NCBI GenBank assembly: GCA_030248215.1
Contig: JASANG010001329.1
Coordinates: forward strand, 558,001 to 613,166
Direction: 5' to 3'
DNA from: Enoplolaimus lenunculus
Lineage: Eukaryota
Length of the DNA stretch: 55,166 nt
Both the position numbers and the translations under genes were made by a program. Below the pieces are notes generated by a model that worked only from the letters and a program-made list of their open reading frames with translations, did no database searches and had not been told where the DNA came from. Below are positions 25,289-39,626 of the stretch, one piece after another; position 1 is the stretch's first letter, and every line of letters begins with the position of its first letter.

Positions 25289-26152
25289 CTGTAGTGATCC
25301 TAATAAGAGGGGGTAATAAAAAAGGAGGGGGTCCCCATTTTGAGTCGATATCAATAGGAGTCCGTATCCCTGATAAGAGTCCGTAAACGGATAGAGCCCC
25401 TACACCCCAATTCGAGTCCATAAATGTCAATTATCCCTAATTGTAGCGCATACATGACTCCAAGACCAAATAATTTGAGTCCGAAACTTTAAGTACTTAA
25501 GTTTGAAAGTACATTCCTAAGCACAACCTTTTTATAACCTTGCATTATTGCTCAAGCTTTTGATGCAAGACAAATAATCGCTTAATTCTACGGATAGTTG
25601 CAATACCGGATATACAACAGTAAGGAACAGGGTGCGACCGGATATCAAAAACTGACGGAGCCGGATAATCGAATATCCTGCCGGAGCCGGATAGTAAATT
25701 CGATTGTTTATTTAATCTCATATTCCTTTATAAGTTTATAGTTTGTATTCTGGTTTATTAAATCATATTACTGTTCGAATTACTGGTTGACCGCGCTAAT
25801 TATGGGTTTTTTTCGTAAATTAATAGCCTATCACTCAAAAATTACCACAAACACATGCATCTTTTAAATGGTTTACATAACACAATTATGACTCAATAAA
25901 GATATAAATGTAAGTCAATCTAAGTCAATTAGTTTATTTTTTCAAATTTTTAAACAAATATCCGGCAAGAAAAAATACCGGAGCCGGATTCCGATTTTTT
26001 GACGGAGCCGGATATCCGGTCGCACCCTGGTAAGGAAGGGTGGCGGAGGGCTGGTTGAAAATAAATAACAGTCCGTAACCGAATACCAAGGGAAGTACCC
26101 TCTGGAGAGGCCAAATAAATATCAGCCCCCCTTTCTATGCGGGTCACTACAG
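25289..26152. mobile_element. Same MITE family, copy 2 (TA TSD), containing a nested hAT-like MITE
   Basis: ta-ctgtagtga...tcactacag-ta. Aligns to 9452-9901 apart from the insert. Confidence 0.88.
25628..26029. mobile_element. hAT-like MITE (nested)
   Basis: Perfect 19-bp TIR cagggtgcgaccggatatc, perfect 8-bp TSD gtaaggaa (25620-25627, 26030-26037), and subterminal gagccgga repeats. Confidence 0.92.
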
Positions 26153-26184
26153 TACGATCTTGCTGTTGTTTGCAAACTCGTTAC

Positions 26185-26583
26185 CGTTCCGAGAACGAGA
26201 CCAGACTCCTGAGACCGGCCAAGAAAAATCTCGGTATCGGTCAATTTTTGGTGATCACCTAAAAAAATTATAAATTTCAAAATAAACTATTTTTAAAGCT
26301 TTTTCACAGTTTTTTGTGTTTTTCATAGTTTTTTGTGTTGTTCATAGCTTTTTTGTGTTTTTTTTCACAATATCTGCTCGTAGTTATTGCAATACTATAA
26401 AATTTCAAAATTTCAAGGAAAAATTTTATTCATCAGCCATCACTTACTTCAACAATACAGTCATCAATTTGCTGCACTGCATCTTCGGCTTCCAGTCTCG
26501 GTTCCAAACCACCGAGACTCAAAAAAGCGAGACCGAGACCTATCAAATACCGAGACTTGCCGAGACCGAGACTCCCATCCTTG
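26185..26583. mobile_element. Second copy of the gagacc-type MITE (left end unclear)
   Basis: Shares internal sequence and the right end gccgagaccgagactcccat with 32962-33286. Confidence 0.7.
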
Positions 26584-28519
26584 CCAAATGAACTCAATTT
26601 ACGGTCTGTAATATATTTAAACACTGCTTTACGGAATTGGCACTCTACATATGGGAAGGTTCTCGTACAATTCAGTCCACAGTTTTCAAAATTTCCAGAC
26701 TTTGGTATCACTTAGGCTAAGCGTTATTAGTCTTATCTCTGTGGGCGGAAACTGTAGAAGTGCTTATATACATTGAATACACCAATCGAAGAATCAAACC
26801 AAAGTAGGCACAGATGTATATATTTAGTATTCGGATTAAGCTTAGATCATCGAATATTTTGAGTTACTCTCTGTAAGTACCGCTATCTGGACAAAGTACC
26901 AAAAACCAAAATGCTGAACATTTTTGCCTTGCTCAAAATATATCACCAAGACAAATATCAGTACATAACCTCGCTTCAACTCTTAAAACAGCTAATCCTG
27001 CATATCATGCCGTATTACACAGCGATAAACGCCGAGCGTAACACATAAACGTAACCCGACTACGAACATAATCCTTTCAAACGTTATGCGTTAATGCCGC
27101 TAAATAAACAATTTAAACTAATCAAAACCCACAATTTCATTCAAATCCGCCTTCGAATATCCCATTCATAGTATTTCAACATATTCGGTTGACCTATTTT
27201 TAAACCGAAAGCTTTGGTAAACAGTCGATATATACATAGTGTAACCCCTTACGGTTCGCCGCACACACAATCAAGTATATATTGGCTCATCGGATTTATG
27301 TATGATTAGACAAACACTAGTAAAATTCGTTAAAGCGCGGAAATATATTTAAAACCCCACAGTGCTTAGAAAACAATTACTGGTGTACATTTTCTTAACG
27401 ATTACCTACGACAGCAAATCTAAATTCATTATCACATAAAACTTCCTAATTATGCAGCATAGGATATAAAATATCAACTGTTGAAAGTTCTAATTTACAT
27501 TAACCTATACATAATGGTTAAAAAATTGTTTTTTTTTGCTAAATTCTAAAATAACTAAAAACTATGGAGTCAGCATTGGGCAACAATGTTCATAATGAAC
27601 AAAACCGATGCAAATCACGAAAAACGTTTATGACTGAAAATTACACGTTAAATTCAATACTTAAATATAAAAAATAAAACTTAGTCACAATTTCAGTACT
27701 CAATCTTAATACTAAATTTTGAAGGTTGGCGTGTAAGAGGGCATGATTTGGATGGCCATCTAGGATCCGCCGCTGCTAGCCATGGATGCATATGAGATAA
27801 GACTATACGAACAGAGCTTTGATCAATGAATATAAGAAAAACAATATTTTACAATCAAACGTTTTAATCAATATATGTAGTTACTTAAAGTAAATACAAC
27901 TGAAAGAAATTAGTTATGCAAACTTTCAATTTCAATGAGGCAGCACAAATTGTTCAATATTTTCAAATTGTTTTTCTTGTATTATCAATATTCTTTAAAA
28001 ATCAAGCTGGAAAAGCTATTTTGTTTGCGAGCCGACTATTAAGCATTTTTATCAATTTACCCAAGATTCTGACCGAGAAAGAGTATAATTCATTTTGGTA
28101 TATAATACGTACGTACCAAATCAGCAAAAACCTGTCACACATATTTCGGACTCATTGCAGTCCTCATATTGAATATATTCATATTCATATTATTTTCAAA
28201 TGCGCTAAACCAAATGGACTTGACCAGACACGACACTCTTACAGCTTCTCTTGCGATGTTGAGTTTACCAATCCATAATGATAGCTAGTTCCTAGTTAGC
28301 TGGCAAAGAGAGCAGGTGCTTTTCAAACAAACAAACAAATATCAGCATTATATGCGTACTTCAGACTCACCAGAGGTCAAGTACCATTCCAAGGATTCTA
28401 AGATTGTAGCAATAGATAAATATCACGGATTTATCCTGACACAACACAAAAGTCGCACTTAGAATTACTCCTACTAATAAACAAGAACATATAGAATATA
28501 TAGCATAAATGCCACTAAT

Positions 28520-28830
28520 CATTACATATTCGTTATCTAAAAAATTCCACGAATATAAACAATTAATTGTTCACCGCGAAATGAGTCCCGAATACTACAT
28601 CATAGAAATGTCCAAGTGCCAGAGGGTGCCGGAGCTATACACAACCATGGACGAAACCAGAAAACGATCTACCTATCTGCTAGAACGCTGAATGACAAAA
28701 GATTGCTAAAACGGCTTCACAAACAGTTCAAAAATTTATTCAATAAATGCATTAACAGTAACTTCACAACATGGGAGAATCAAGAAAATATCGCGTGACA
28801 CGATATGATAAAAACGGTACCATGCGCCCA
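28520..28830 (+). mobile_element. Highly decayed RTE-clade LINE C-terminal remnant
   Basis: Fragments LHIRYLKNSTNI, VPNT and KRLHKQFKNLFNKC...TTWE occur in the order expected for the RTE ORF C-terminus, with many stops. Confidence 0.4.
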
Positions 28831-31624
28831 GGTACATGCTTACGCAAAAAATACATATAATTTAAAGTTTAGTGTATTTTGCAGGCACCGACTCTGGGTA
28901 AAATCCTCGGGACATACTGTACACAAAACTACCAGCGGACCTACCATGCAGACACTCAACATGCAATGGCAATTGGCCACGTCACTAATTCTATTCGATT
29001 CACTCTCAAATTGAAACAAAAATCTACCTACACCTACATTTATAACCTTTTTACACAGCAATTAAATAACAAATCTGAGAAGCTTAAAACAATAAAACAA
29101 CCTTCACCAAAAGGCCATTAATCCAGCCAAACACCAGATGGCTATTACCAGGCCCAGTTTCAATACTCATACCTGAACGGCTATAAAACATTCCCCCCAA
29201 CAGAGTTTACGCCGTCCTCGAAACCCAAAAATCAAATAAAAACTAAACGCATGCAAAATTGTTATTTTCCCAACAATAAAACAAAAAACACATTTCAATC
29301 GTGCGCTTGCAATTAAAATATCAGTTTTCCAACCAATTTTAAAATTTAAACAAAATAAAATAAAGCGTAAAAAGCTATTCTTCTATCCACGAATCTCATA
29401 ACCGTTGACAAATATGTTTTCTAACAGACCGTCGATAGGTAAGGTAAGATTCAAAGGTCAAGCACGTTTTTTTGTGATTTTTGTTCAGAGTGTTTCATAG
29501 TTTTTCAGTTGGTCTTAGTAGCACAAAAAACCCGTTTATCATTTATACAGCATGTAACCCAGTCTCCAAAATCCTGGTTAAACCCCTGCCAACAGATGAT
29601 ACAGCCGCAAGTAACCAACGTAATTATTTTCGCTTTCAAATGGTTTTACAAATTTATTAGCAACATTCTTCGAACTCATTTTCTGCAATATCTTTTCAAT
29701 CACATCTGAAATTCATATTTCACATAGAACCAGTTTGTACTATAAAAACGAATCCGTTTTACATTACTGACACCTTTGTATTGTCTTGCATAAGCTCAAA
29801 TGAAAAACAACTGGGAATGGCATACGTCAACAGCGGGCTAGAGATGGTAAAAACTACATGCATGTTTTAGATAGATTTAGCTCAACGTGTGCAAATACCA
29901 CAGACAGGAATCAGACAAACTTAACTAAGCCGTGCTTCATAAAACATGCCAAGAAATCCACTGAAAAATTCAAGACGAATGACAAGCTCTTTTCAGCAGA
30001 AAATACGACTAGTATAATTTCCATACAACAAGCTTAAGTCTAACATTAAATCTGAGCCTAACTCTAAGTTAATCCTAAGCTTAATAAACTTTTTAGTTAC
30101 ACCAACATATGAAAATTTCAAAACTGTGACAAAAAACGTATAAAAACCGCAAATACGTACACGCGAAACGGAATTGTTCACCTATAACAAACAATTTATA
30201 CACCAAATATTTTTCGAAATCTATATATAAAATCCATACCCATATTACTAATTTACGGCTGCTCAAAAATCCCATACAGGCCATTAAACAACTGGAAAAC
30301 TGATAACAATAGATAGTCGTTAGTCCATGCCGCCCGCAGTTCAAGCTAGGCGGCGCGTAGCTCCAAATAGAAAAATACCAATAATTGTACTCATAAATTA
30401 TTCGTTTTCGTGAGTGGATTTGAAGCTGCCACTTATTTTCAAATTCTTTATTACCATATCGCTGTATACGTTTTTGATCCAATGCACCAAATCGAAAGAA
30501 GGCCACTGTAAGAATTCCGATGTGAAATTAGGCAATTTTGTTGTAAAGTTTAACGGAAGTCAAACGGCTTAAGCAAATTGAATTTTTTTGCAAATTTATA
30601 TTTGTCACTTGCTAAAATGATTCAGCCTTTTTTCTCAACGAACAAACGCACGTCTTTGTATCCGAAACCCGACCAAATATTCCTATTTGGATCCAGCGGA
30701 GTTTGTAAAATTGTTTTTTTTCGTAAAATTGATTTTTTTTCTCAACGCCAAACCCAAGCTGAACAGAATTAACCAACTGCCTAAACTTCTGGCTTACCCT
30801 TATCAAATTCACCAACACCTGCTGTTCAAACTTCGCATTAACATCAAATAAATAGTGGAAACCCGCGTTTTGGCAAAACAATGAATCAAAACAGCATGGA
30901 TTTAAAATCTCGAGTCTTAGTAAACGCCAAAGCTCTCATGCATCAAGCCGCAAACAGAGCGGACCTAATGGCTTTTAAAATTAACTGGTAGAAGCGTTCA
31001 AACCTTTCTTGATGTGCAGTGCACGCATAAACAATCCGCAATTCTCATATGAGAGGCGGGCAACGCATAGCACTACTATTGAACTATTGTAAATACTAAA
31101 TCCCTTCGGATTAATTTGTTATTGCTTTTACTCGCTTGAATTTTAAATACCAGCAGTGAGCCGCCAGACAATATCCAAATAAGCATATAAGCATAGTATA
31201 GTGTTGGCCTTTTAACTAAACCAAATACGACTCTGAGACATTACAAACAACGACAAAGTGACAACCGACAACCAATATTTACATCCTCGGTTTCCCAGCA
31301 TCAACCAGAGTTGCAACATTTAAAAATATATACCCGACCCGGATTTTTGTGCAAAAAAACCCGATCCCCGAATTGTTAAGAATGCAAACCCGGACCCAGA
31401 TTTATTTTCCGGACAAACCCGGGCCCGAAATTTTTAAAACTTAACAACTGAACACGATCCTAGTTGTTTAAAGATAGGAAAGAATTCTGTCTCCATCTAT
31501 ATATTCTATTATCTCAGTGTGTAAAATTTAAAATATTAATGTGCCGTATGCAATGCGAAGCGACTCATGTCATTCACAAAAATTTATTTCAACTAATTCA
31601 TAAAACAACGTAATATCCTTTTAC

Positions 31625-31975
31625 TAGAGATGTATGTGTCTATACCAAATTTTTTGCCGATGCCGAATAAATACACGATGTTTAAAAAACAGGTAAGATA
31701 CATCAACTGCGAAGACTCAAATCCGAACAACTATAAAAGATTATAATTTTTGAGAACGATGCTTGTAATTAATTTTTCAAGGACAAACGCAAGAGAAGTA
31801 ACAGTTTGTCTGATCAGGCGCATCGATATCCGCTAACAAGTAAAATTGATAGCAGTCCAACTCACTGTTATGTGCAAAAACTACATATCGGCCATTTTTT
31901 GCAGCGCCGATATCGGATACTACAAAAAGTACCGAGTATTATCGATGCTGATGCCGATTACTCGACACATCCCTA
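31625..31975. mobile_element. Second copy of the TAGGGATG-type MITE
   Basis: tagagatgt...acatcccta termini, with internal homology to 39210-39626. Confidence 0.78.
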
Positions 31976-32961
31976 GTCCTTACAACAGCAATGTCTAATT
32001 AACTTTAATATTATAAAGTCTATTTTTTTAAGATTTGCTTTCACAAAAAAAAAGCTTCACACCTTTGTCACCTTTCAATTTTGACCGTTTTTTGTACATA
32101 TGATTAGAGATTTTATCAACAATTCTACCTATTTTGACTCCGAATTGCCTAAAATGCGGCATGGGGTAGGATTTTCGTTCGTTTCGCATCGCTTTGCTGT
32201 TTCTATTCAGCTTCCTATCACGATAACAATATAGTTTCGTTTGGCACCGGGATACGAAGTTTAGAAGCACGGGTTTAAGTATTATTTATGTTCGCGGACG
32301 TCTACAAGAACGCCGTAAAACCGTCACTATGACATATATTTACCAAAACCATCCGCCTTAAACAGCTCAGTCAATATTAACGCCAGTTTACCAGTTAATC
32401 CCTTGCTTCCGCGTTCAGTTTAACCTGCCTAACACGACACATCACGAATAGCGACGCTAAATTATCCGTTTTCGCTCAATCTGCAACATACTGCTGTACT
32501 GAAAGAGCCAATTAAATTTGAATTTCACCTGACTTTACCGTTTTATCAAAATTTCTCTGTCGCTCGCTGGGACTAGATAAATACATGAAAAGCGGCAAAC
32601 AGCATGTGTTGTCGGTAATTGAATCAAAAATTTTTAATTTCGCTTTCCGTATATGATGCAGTGTAATATTTAACACCATTAACGCTAACACGATATTGCA
32701 AATAATCAAATATGTCCAGCGAATATATTTTGTTTAGGTACCACCTGAACGTATTTGACAGTACATTCACACCATTTAAACCATTTAAGCCAACGTCAGT
32801 ATATAACGCTAAAATATTGTAAAGATCAATTTTACTAACGAAATAATATGTTCACAAACGCGCATTGCTTTTAATTGCAAATGCTACGAAATTGAAAAAT
32901 TGCGATCATTGTTATAGGAAGATACAGAGTTGTATCAAGCTAGACAGTAGGTTGTACCTAG

Positions 32962-33286
32962 CAGCGATTGGAGGTCTCGGTTAAAAACCGAGATCAACCT
33001 ATGAAGACGGGCCATGAAAAGTCTCGTCAACTTTTAGTCAACACGGAAAAAATTAAAATTAAAATCGCTTATCTCTAATGCTTTTTCGTAGATTTTATGT
33101 TTTTCAAAGTGTTTTGTGTTTTTTCAGAATATCTGCTCATAACTATGAAAATTCAAAGTTTCACAGGCAAATTTTATTTGTCAGGGGTCACTTACCTCAA
33201 CAACACTGACATACATTTGCTGAATCATCGACTTCTGGTCTCGGTTTCACTCATGTCAAATGCCGAGACCGAGACTCCCATTCCTG
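32962..33286. mobile_element. hAT-like MITE with gagacc subterminal repeats
   Basis: TIR cagcgattggaggtctcgg / ccgagactcccattcctg; TSD gtacctag/gtacctaa. A related copy lies at about 26185-26583. Confidence 0.8.
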
Positions 33287-36200
33287 GTACCTAAACTAAC
33301 ATACTAATTATCGAGTAGCTAGCTAACTTGAAAGTGTTCCAACTTCTAAATCCTAGGGATTTACATATTCAAAAACAATGCTGCAACTACGACGACGTTG
33401 TCTCCATCCCACGCGCCTCTGTCTCCAGAGCGCAAAAAATTCCACAGCGCCGGAAACATTCTATGTCACCATTTTCCCTCAAAAAAATTTTGCTGCCCAA
33501 CAATTCTTAATTGCCGAGCTGTCAAAAAAACTGGTCGTTTAATTTGCACACAAATGAAGCATCTTCAGCCGAAACCCTGTGGAACAGTGTAAAACAATAT
33601 AATGTTAAAAATATGCCGCTAATTTACCTTTGAAACGTTTCTAATTATTGCTCCATTTTCAGTTTTAACCCTGCCGCCGTTTAAATGCTAATGTTTACGC
33701 TACAAATAGATTAAAAAAACTCATGTAATTTTTATTCACAGATTTACACAATAAATAAGGTAAATCTATCTGCAACAAACAAACATACAGTTAGCTTTCA
33801 ACTTTACAAACGTCTTTTCGCTACCACAAACCATGCTTTGGACACACAACAAGACAAGCCTATCCAATTACTTCAAAATCACCCCATGAGGTCTGACGGA
33901 TAACACCTTGCCATACAAGAGTTCATTAACGAGAATCCAGCTATACATATAAAGCAATTCAGCAAATACCAAATTAATAATTGCTTCACTGCCCTATCTT
34001 CAATTTTATCCCAGCAGCGCAGCAGTCCAGGGTGCGGACCTTCCATTTTCGAAGTCAGAAAATTCTGCATAGCATACAATGAAAAACTTTATGAAAAAAT
34101 TGTAATGTGGATCGCTATTCGGTCGGTGGCGAGGTTTCAGCCACCGTGATATATCGCACCCCAGCGTGTGTGACCCTCTTCGTTTTTAAATCAGCTGCTG
34201 TGCCCCTGCTCTATCTAAACCTAAATAAGCAACACGGATCCTACCCCCGCTGCTATATGTGATGTGTGAATTCGCTAGCGTCTACAAAGACCTTTAACGG
34301 ATATATGCGTTCTAGTTGATTGCTTGTCACGTGTCAAATACAACACGTTTCAATTATCAATTTTTAATTTGTATCAGACAAGAAGGTTGTAGCTATTGGA
34401 GGCATGTAAAATCTACGGATACGAGACCCGAAATCATAAAAGGTGGGGCATTCTCCAACTTCTGAATTAACGAAACCACACCAGATATCAAGGGGTTGGT
34501 GCACAATTTCCAGTGGCATATAATATTAAGGTTTAGGCAAAGAACAAGCTCAGACATTGGACAAGCTTTTTCTTTAACTTAAGCCTAAACCTTAGCCTAA
34601 ATACGTGGAAAAACGTCCAACAGCCGGCAGCGTTGCAACTGGGAGTCATCAGTTAAGCCTACCACTTCATGATTTTATCTAGGGTTTTTTAAAAAAACTT
34701 TCATATCGTAACACAAGAAACCCCACATCACACTTTTTATAAAATGTAAAGAATCATTTCCAAAATTCTAGCTACGCCTCTGTTAGTTTCCAGAAATACA
34801 AATCGAAAAAGATCTGTCCATCGGTTGAAATATACATACGTTATGCTGCATGGACAAATTAAAAATACAGAAATATAAATATTCTACACATAAAATGCCA
34901 AGTGACCACTGTCCAACAACGATAACGACGTGCATATTACGTACGTAATTCACTAATTAAACTTTAATTCTTACCTCAATAATCATTTGTTAGAAAACAT
35001 GAAAAAATAAATTTGCTTAGATCGAATAATGTTCTTGCTATTCAAGCTTATGTTCTATGACCATAAATAACACAATTTATGAGTCCGTCGCACCAAGAAA
35101 AATATACCTTACAGCAAGTGGACCAAAAACTGATACGCCTCGATTAGAAAAAAAGCACATAAAATTAGTCAACCATCACAAAATGAGAAACGAAGAATTA
35201 TAATGAAAAAACTTGTAATGATATATAAACTGTTCTGATTGCAAATGTTTAAGTTTAAATTAATTCCAAATTTTTAATATAATATATGCTTACTAGATCA
35301 CTGTAATACTAGAACAACAGGGTGCAACACGATATTTTAGTGCATATTCTGACAAATAGTAAAACTTAATCACGCTGCTTTAGAAGTAGATTAGATATAT
35401 ACCGGACATAATTTGTTATAGTTTTGTTTCTACAAAAGTTTTAGTATTAACTGGCTTCCATCATACACGTAAGTATCAAGCGAAATGCAAACGTTTTCCT
35501 AAGCCACCATGCAGAAAATGCTATTATTAGGTGCAACTTAAAATCCTCGATATATGTCATTACTGCTAAATGCTGTGCGAATCCGGATGTACATTTTTTG
35601 CCCGAGCCTTAGCCGAATAACCGGTGGCACATTCACAACATGTATATAAATATATATGTATATATATATATAAAATATATATGTTTTTTAAAATTATCAT
35701 TACCATTTACCGGATGAGCGGACATTTCATATGCCAAAATAAAGCCATAGAATGTTATGTTAAACCAAATTTAAAGACTGACTGACTGAAATAGTACTAT
35801 CAAACTCACAAAAACAATGCTAACCGTCGAAAACTCTAGTACATTTGCTTGAAGGGTTAAACCTTGAAACACGCTAATTTTTCCATATCAAAACGGTTTA
35901 TTTGTATATATACACCTAATTCCAAAACTGTACACATTCATAAACCCCATAGTTCGAATTTTTACAATTTGATGCTTCGAACCGGCACAACCGATGACCA
36001 CTGAACGAACACCATTTTTACATGCTACAGCTGTACGTATCACTTATAGTAGGCCAAACACTGAAACAAGGACATTTCATTTAAATTTAAATGAAAGCCA
36101 GTACGAATTATACTATATACTTCATGGCAATGCATTTAGCCCAAATCAACAATCAAAGCCTCAAATTTTGAAGTAAACAAACAAGGATTACAGTAAATGG

Positions 36201-39200
36201 TTCTACCCTTCCATTAATTAATTCTCGGGCACAATTTTCTTTAAAACAAAACTACGCTAGTACTGTGTCGAAAACTTGTATATATATATGTATATATACA
36301 CATATATAATACCACCATCAATCTTCGTAAGAAGCAAACTAACCGTTATGTCAAAGAATTTAAATTAAAAACCCAATGCTTGGATGCCGAGATACCAAAT
36401 TAACAATATTCTATTTATTGTGTTGTTGTATGCCTCGCTGTCCAAGTGTCACCCTCAGAATGAAGCGCCTGACCCCGGACATAATTACCCCACCACACCC
36501 AGTTCCAGCATAAAATTCTGTTGGAAAATCAATAACCTTCTAAGCTTTCACTTTAAATATCACTCATCCCATCAAAATTCGCTTGTTAAATATATGATAT
36601 ATAAATAGCAGCATAATTACTCGTCTGATCGTACAAAGATTATGTATATTTGCAATGAAATAAAATGACATTCGACTTATCTATTGTTGATGAGAACCAT
36701 TCAAAAAAGATGGACATCGTTTACCAACAGATTCTTTTAAGTCAGGGCTTATGCTGCGACTACCAGCAAGACCGAACGTTCTGTTAAAACTCCGTTTCCT
36801 TATCAAGACCTTCTGTTCCACAATAGTTCTCTAGCTATAGGTATTCTTGTTAACTTCCTTCATTTTTAATACCTAATTGTGTCTACTCAATTGAGATTCA
36901 AAATAACACGTTAAATTTTCATTAGTCACTAGTTTATATCGAGATGTAACCGAATGTCGGCTTCGGCACAAAATACACATCCGACTTCAGCTACAGTGTT
37001 TCCCAGTGACTTTTGTTCCAGGTGCAAGAACAAGTAGTATACCAGGCAACATCAATAATAAACCCTTGAAAGCACAAAATCGGACCGAAACATAGCATAG
37101 TGGAGTGGTTACAAATATAAAGAAACCGTTTAAGTTTTAATTATTATAGTAAATATATAATATCCCTTACGGTTTTTAAATAATTTCATGAGAAAATACA
37201 AATTATGTCCCTCAAATACAGCATCGGAATAGCAACAAAGTTCACAAATAACACATTGCAAAGTATTGTTGTAACTTTCATTTCTTAAGAATTATAAGCC
37301 CAAGAGCTAGCTAATACATTTAAAGTTTGCGATTGATAGAATGAGCAACTTGCCTACCTTGGCAAAAACAGAATATATATTTTTATTTCAAAACAGAAAA
37401 TAATCACTGCGAACCACTATGCAGCTTCCAATGACCGCACGCTAATTTCAAATCCGTTGTGTAAATATATTTGGAATTCTGAGAAAATATTGAAAAATAA
37501 ACTGGTCACTCAAAATAGCAGCTGTCATACGATACCTTTACATCGATTACAAAATCATTAAAGGTGAAAGGAACAGCGAAGCTATATGCATTGAATAATG
37601 ACCCGTTTATTCGTTGACCATATGACGTATATATAGAGAAAGCAGAAAGATCAGCATTGATATAAAACGCAATAAATGGCATAACGGTCTAATCACTGTA
37701 CGTATTAGCAGCCGTCACCTTTTGATAATTATATCCAAAAATTTTAAATTTCAAAGGTCCATCGCTCGCCCCGCCCCAACACAATTATATACTCTGTCGG
37801 AAGCATTAAAGACATCAGCTCAGCGGCGTTATTTTTAGGAAAAAAACGGCTAACTCAGAACAAATAAATATGTGGACACAGGCCGTCCTATACACGTTTA
37901 ACGTTGACGGCTGCGTTTGAACAAATTTTAATGGAACTAAATCCAACACTGGTGTTAAGCTGTATGCAGATGCACAAACTTTACAAAGCACTAGCATCAG
38001 TGTTCAAAATCTTATTATATCAGAAAATATAATCATGCGCCAAGAGAAAGCTATCGTTTAGCACTAAGTTTGAAATACAAATTCCTTATAATTTACAGAC
38101 CGACTCGGTATAAAAAATAACCGCATGACCATATGTTGTTGCCCAAAGCGTAACTGAAATTTAATTCGAAATGGAAATCATTAATGATATTTGTGTGTTC
38201 TACAATAAATCCTGCTTTGTTGAAAATTCCTGCAAAAATTCCATTCTTGTTCCTGCTCTCGCATTCAAAGTCGCAGGATCCTGAATTTTTATGCTTTCGT
38301 GGAAAATTGGTATTTGCAAAAGTTTAATTGAGGCGCACGCAATATATAATTATATAAAACCAACAAAATTAGAACGCACAGAACATATTTTTAAAATAAT
38401 AAACGAGTAACTCATAAAACAAAACAAAGTGCAATTATTATTTTTACAAATAGCGCCGCCGCCCAAGTCTTTACTTTTATGTGCTTGTTTTCGTACTTTT
38501 CAAAAGAACAAATAGAAATTTGCGCAGGTACAGCGACAATACGACACAAATTCGTAGTAAAACAAAGCTGACCTAAAACTTCAGCACTCGAACGCTGCGG
38601 GGCATTGGAAATTTATTTTTAACATAATTACAGTCGTTTCAGTATAAAATCAACACGCCGTTTAATTATCAAACATAATACAGGAATAATAGCACACGCC
38701 TATTATTTTTATTCTGTCCGAACAATTTTTACTCGATTCTCAACCATTTCAAAAGTTATTAAATATTTACAACCGATACACTGAAAATAGTTTTCTGAAA
38801 TCAGTTTTCAAATCAAACAACATTTATCTACTCAGGAACACACCCATGTTTTCAACATTGCATAAACTTTAACTGCTTGCCCGTGGATTTTTATTTGAAA
38901 ATGCGACGAGTGTTCGATGAAAGAACATGCTACAAAAATCATTAAGCAGGCAAGAAGATTTAACTGAACCGTGAAACGTTTCATGGAAAAAAATCAAACA
39001 TGGCTCAATACAATGGGTCAGACATTTGACCCATAACCGATTGTGACCAGAGCACAACCAGATATCTGGCTCCTTCAAATAATCAGACTTTCGCTTCCTA
39101 ATTATGACCCTTCAAAAGTACCAAAATAATTGACTAATGAATATTATGACCCACTGACGCATTTCCAACTGTGGTTCCTACATAGAGCTCATACATTGTG

Positions 39201-39209
39201 ATTTGTAGG

Positions 39210-39626
39210 TAGGGATGTGCCGATACCAAAATTTTTGCCGATGCCGATGCCAAGTCTTATTTTGAAATTTGGCCGATGTCGAACCGATTCCGATTCCAAC
39301 TTTAGTACACCATGCATATTAAACAGATAGAATACTAGGTACATTACATCATTATATGAAGACTTAAACCCTAACCATCATAAACGATTATAATTTTAGA
39401 CGAACGGTTCATTTCAATTAATTTTTTCAAACACAAACGCAAGAAAGATATCAGTTTTCCTGACCGGACACACTGATATACGCCCAGAAATGAAATTGAC
39501 AGCATTCAAACTTACTGTTATGTGCAAAAAGTACCGGCGAAGAATCGGCAATTTTTTGCAGCGCCGATGCCGATACTCACGAAAACTGCCGATTATTACC
39601 GATGCCGATTAATGGCTACATCCCTA
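39210..39626. mobile_element. hAT-like MITE (TAGGGATG termini, gccgat repeats)
   Basis: TIR tagggatgt / acatcccta; TSD tttgtagg/tttgcaag (6 of 8). Homologous to 31625-31975. Confidence 0.82.

Noticed and set aside
33879..34079. Possible upstream STOX exon (RCWDKIEDRAVKQL is faintly like the STOX1 N-terminus)
   Set aside because: Similarity is only a few residues recalled from memory and the donor site is weak; not supportable without RNA data.
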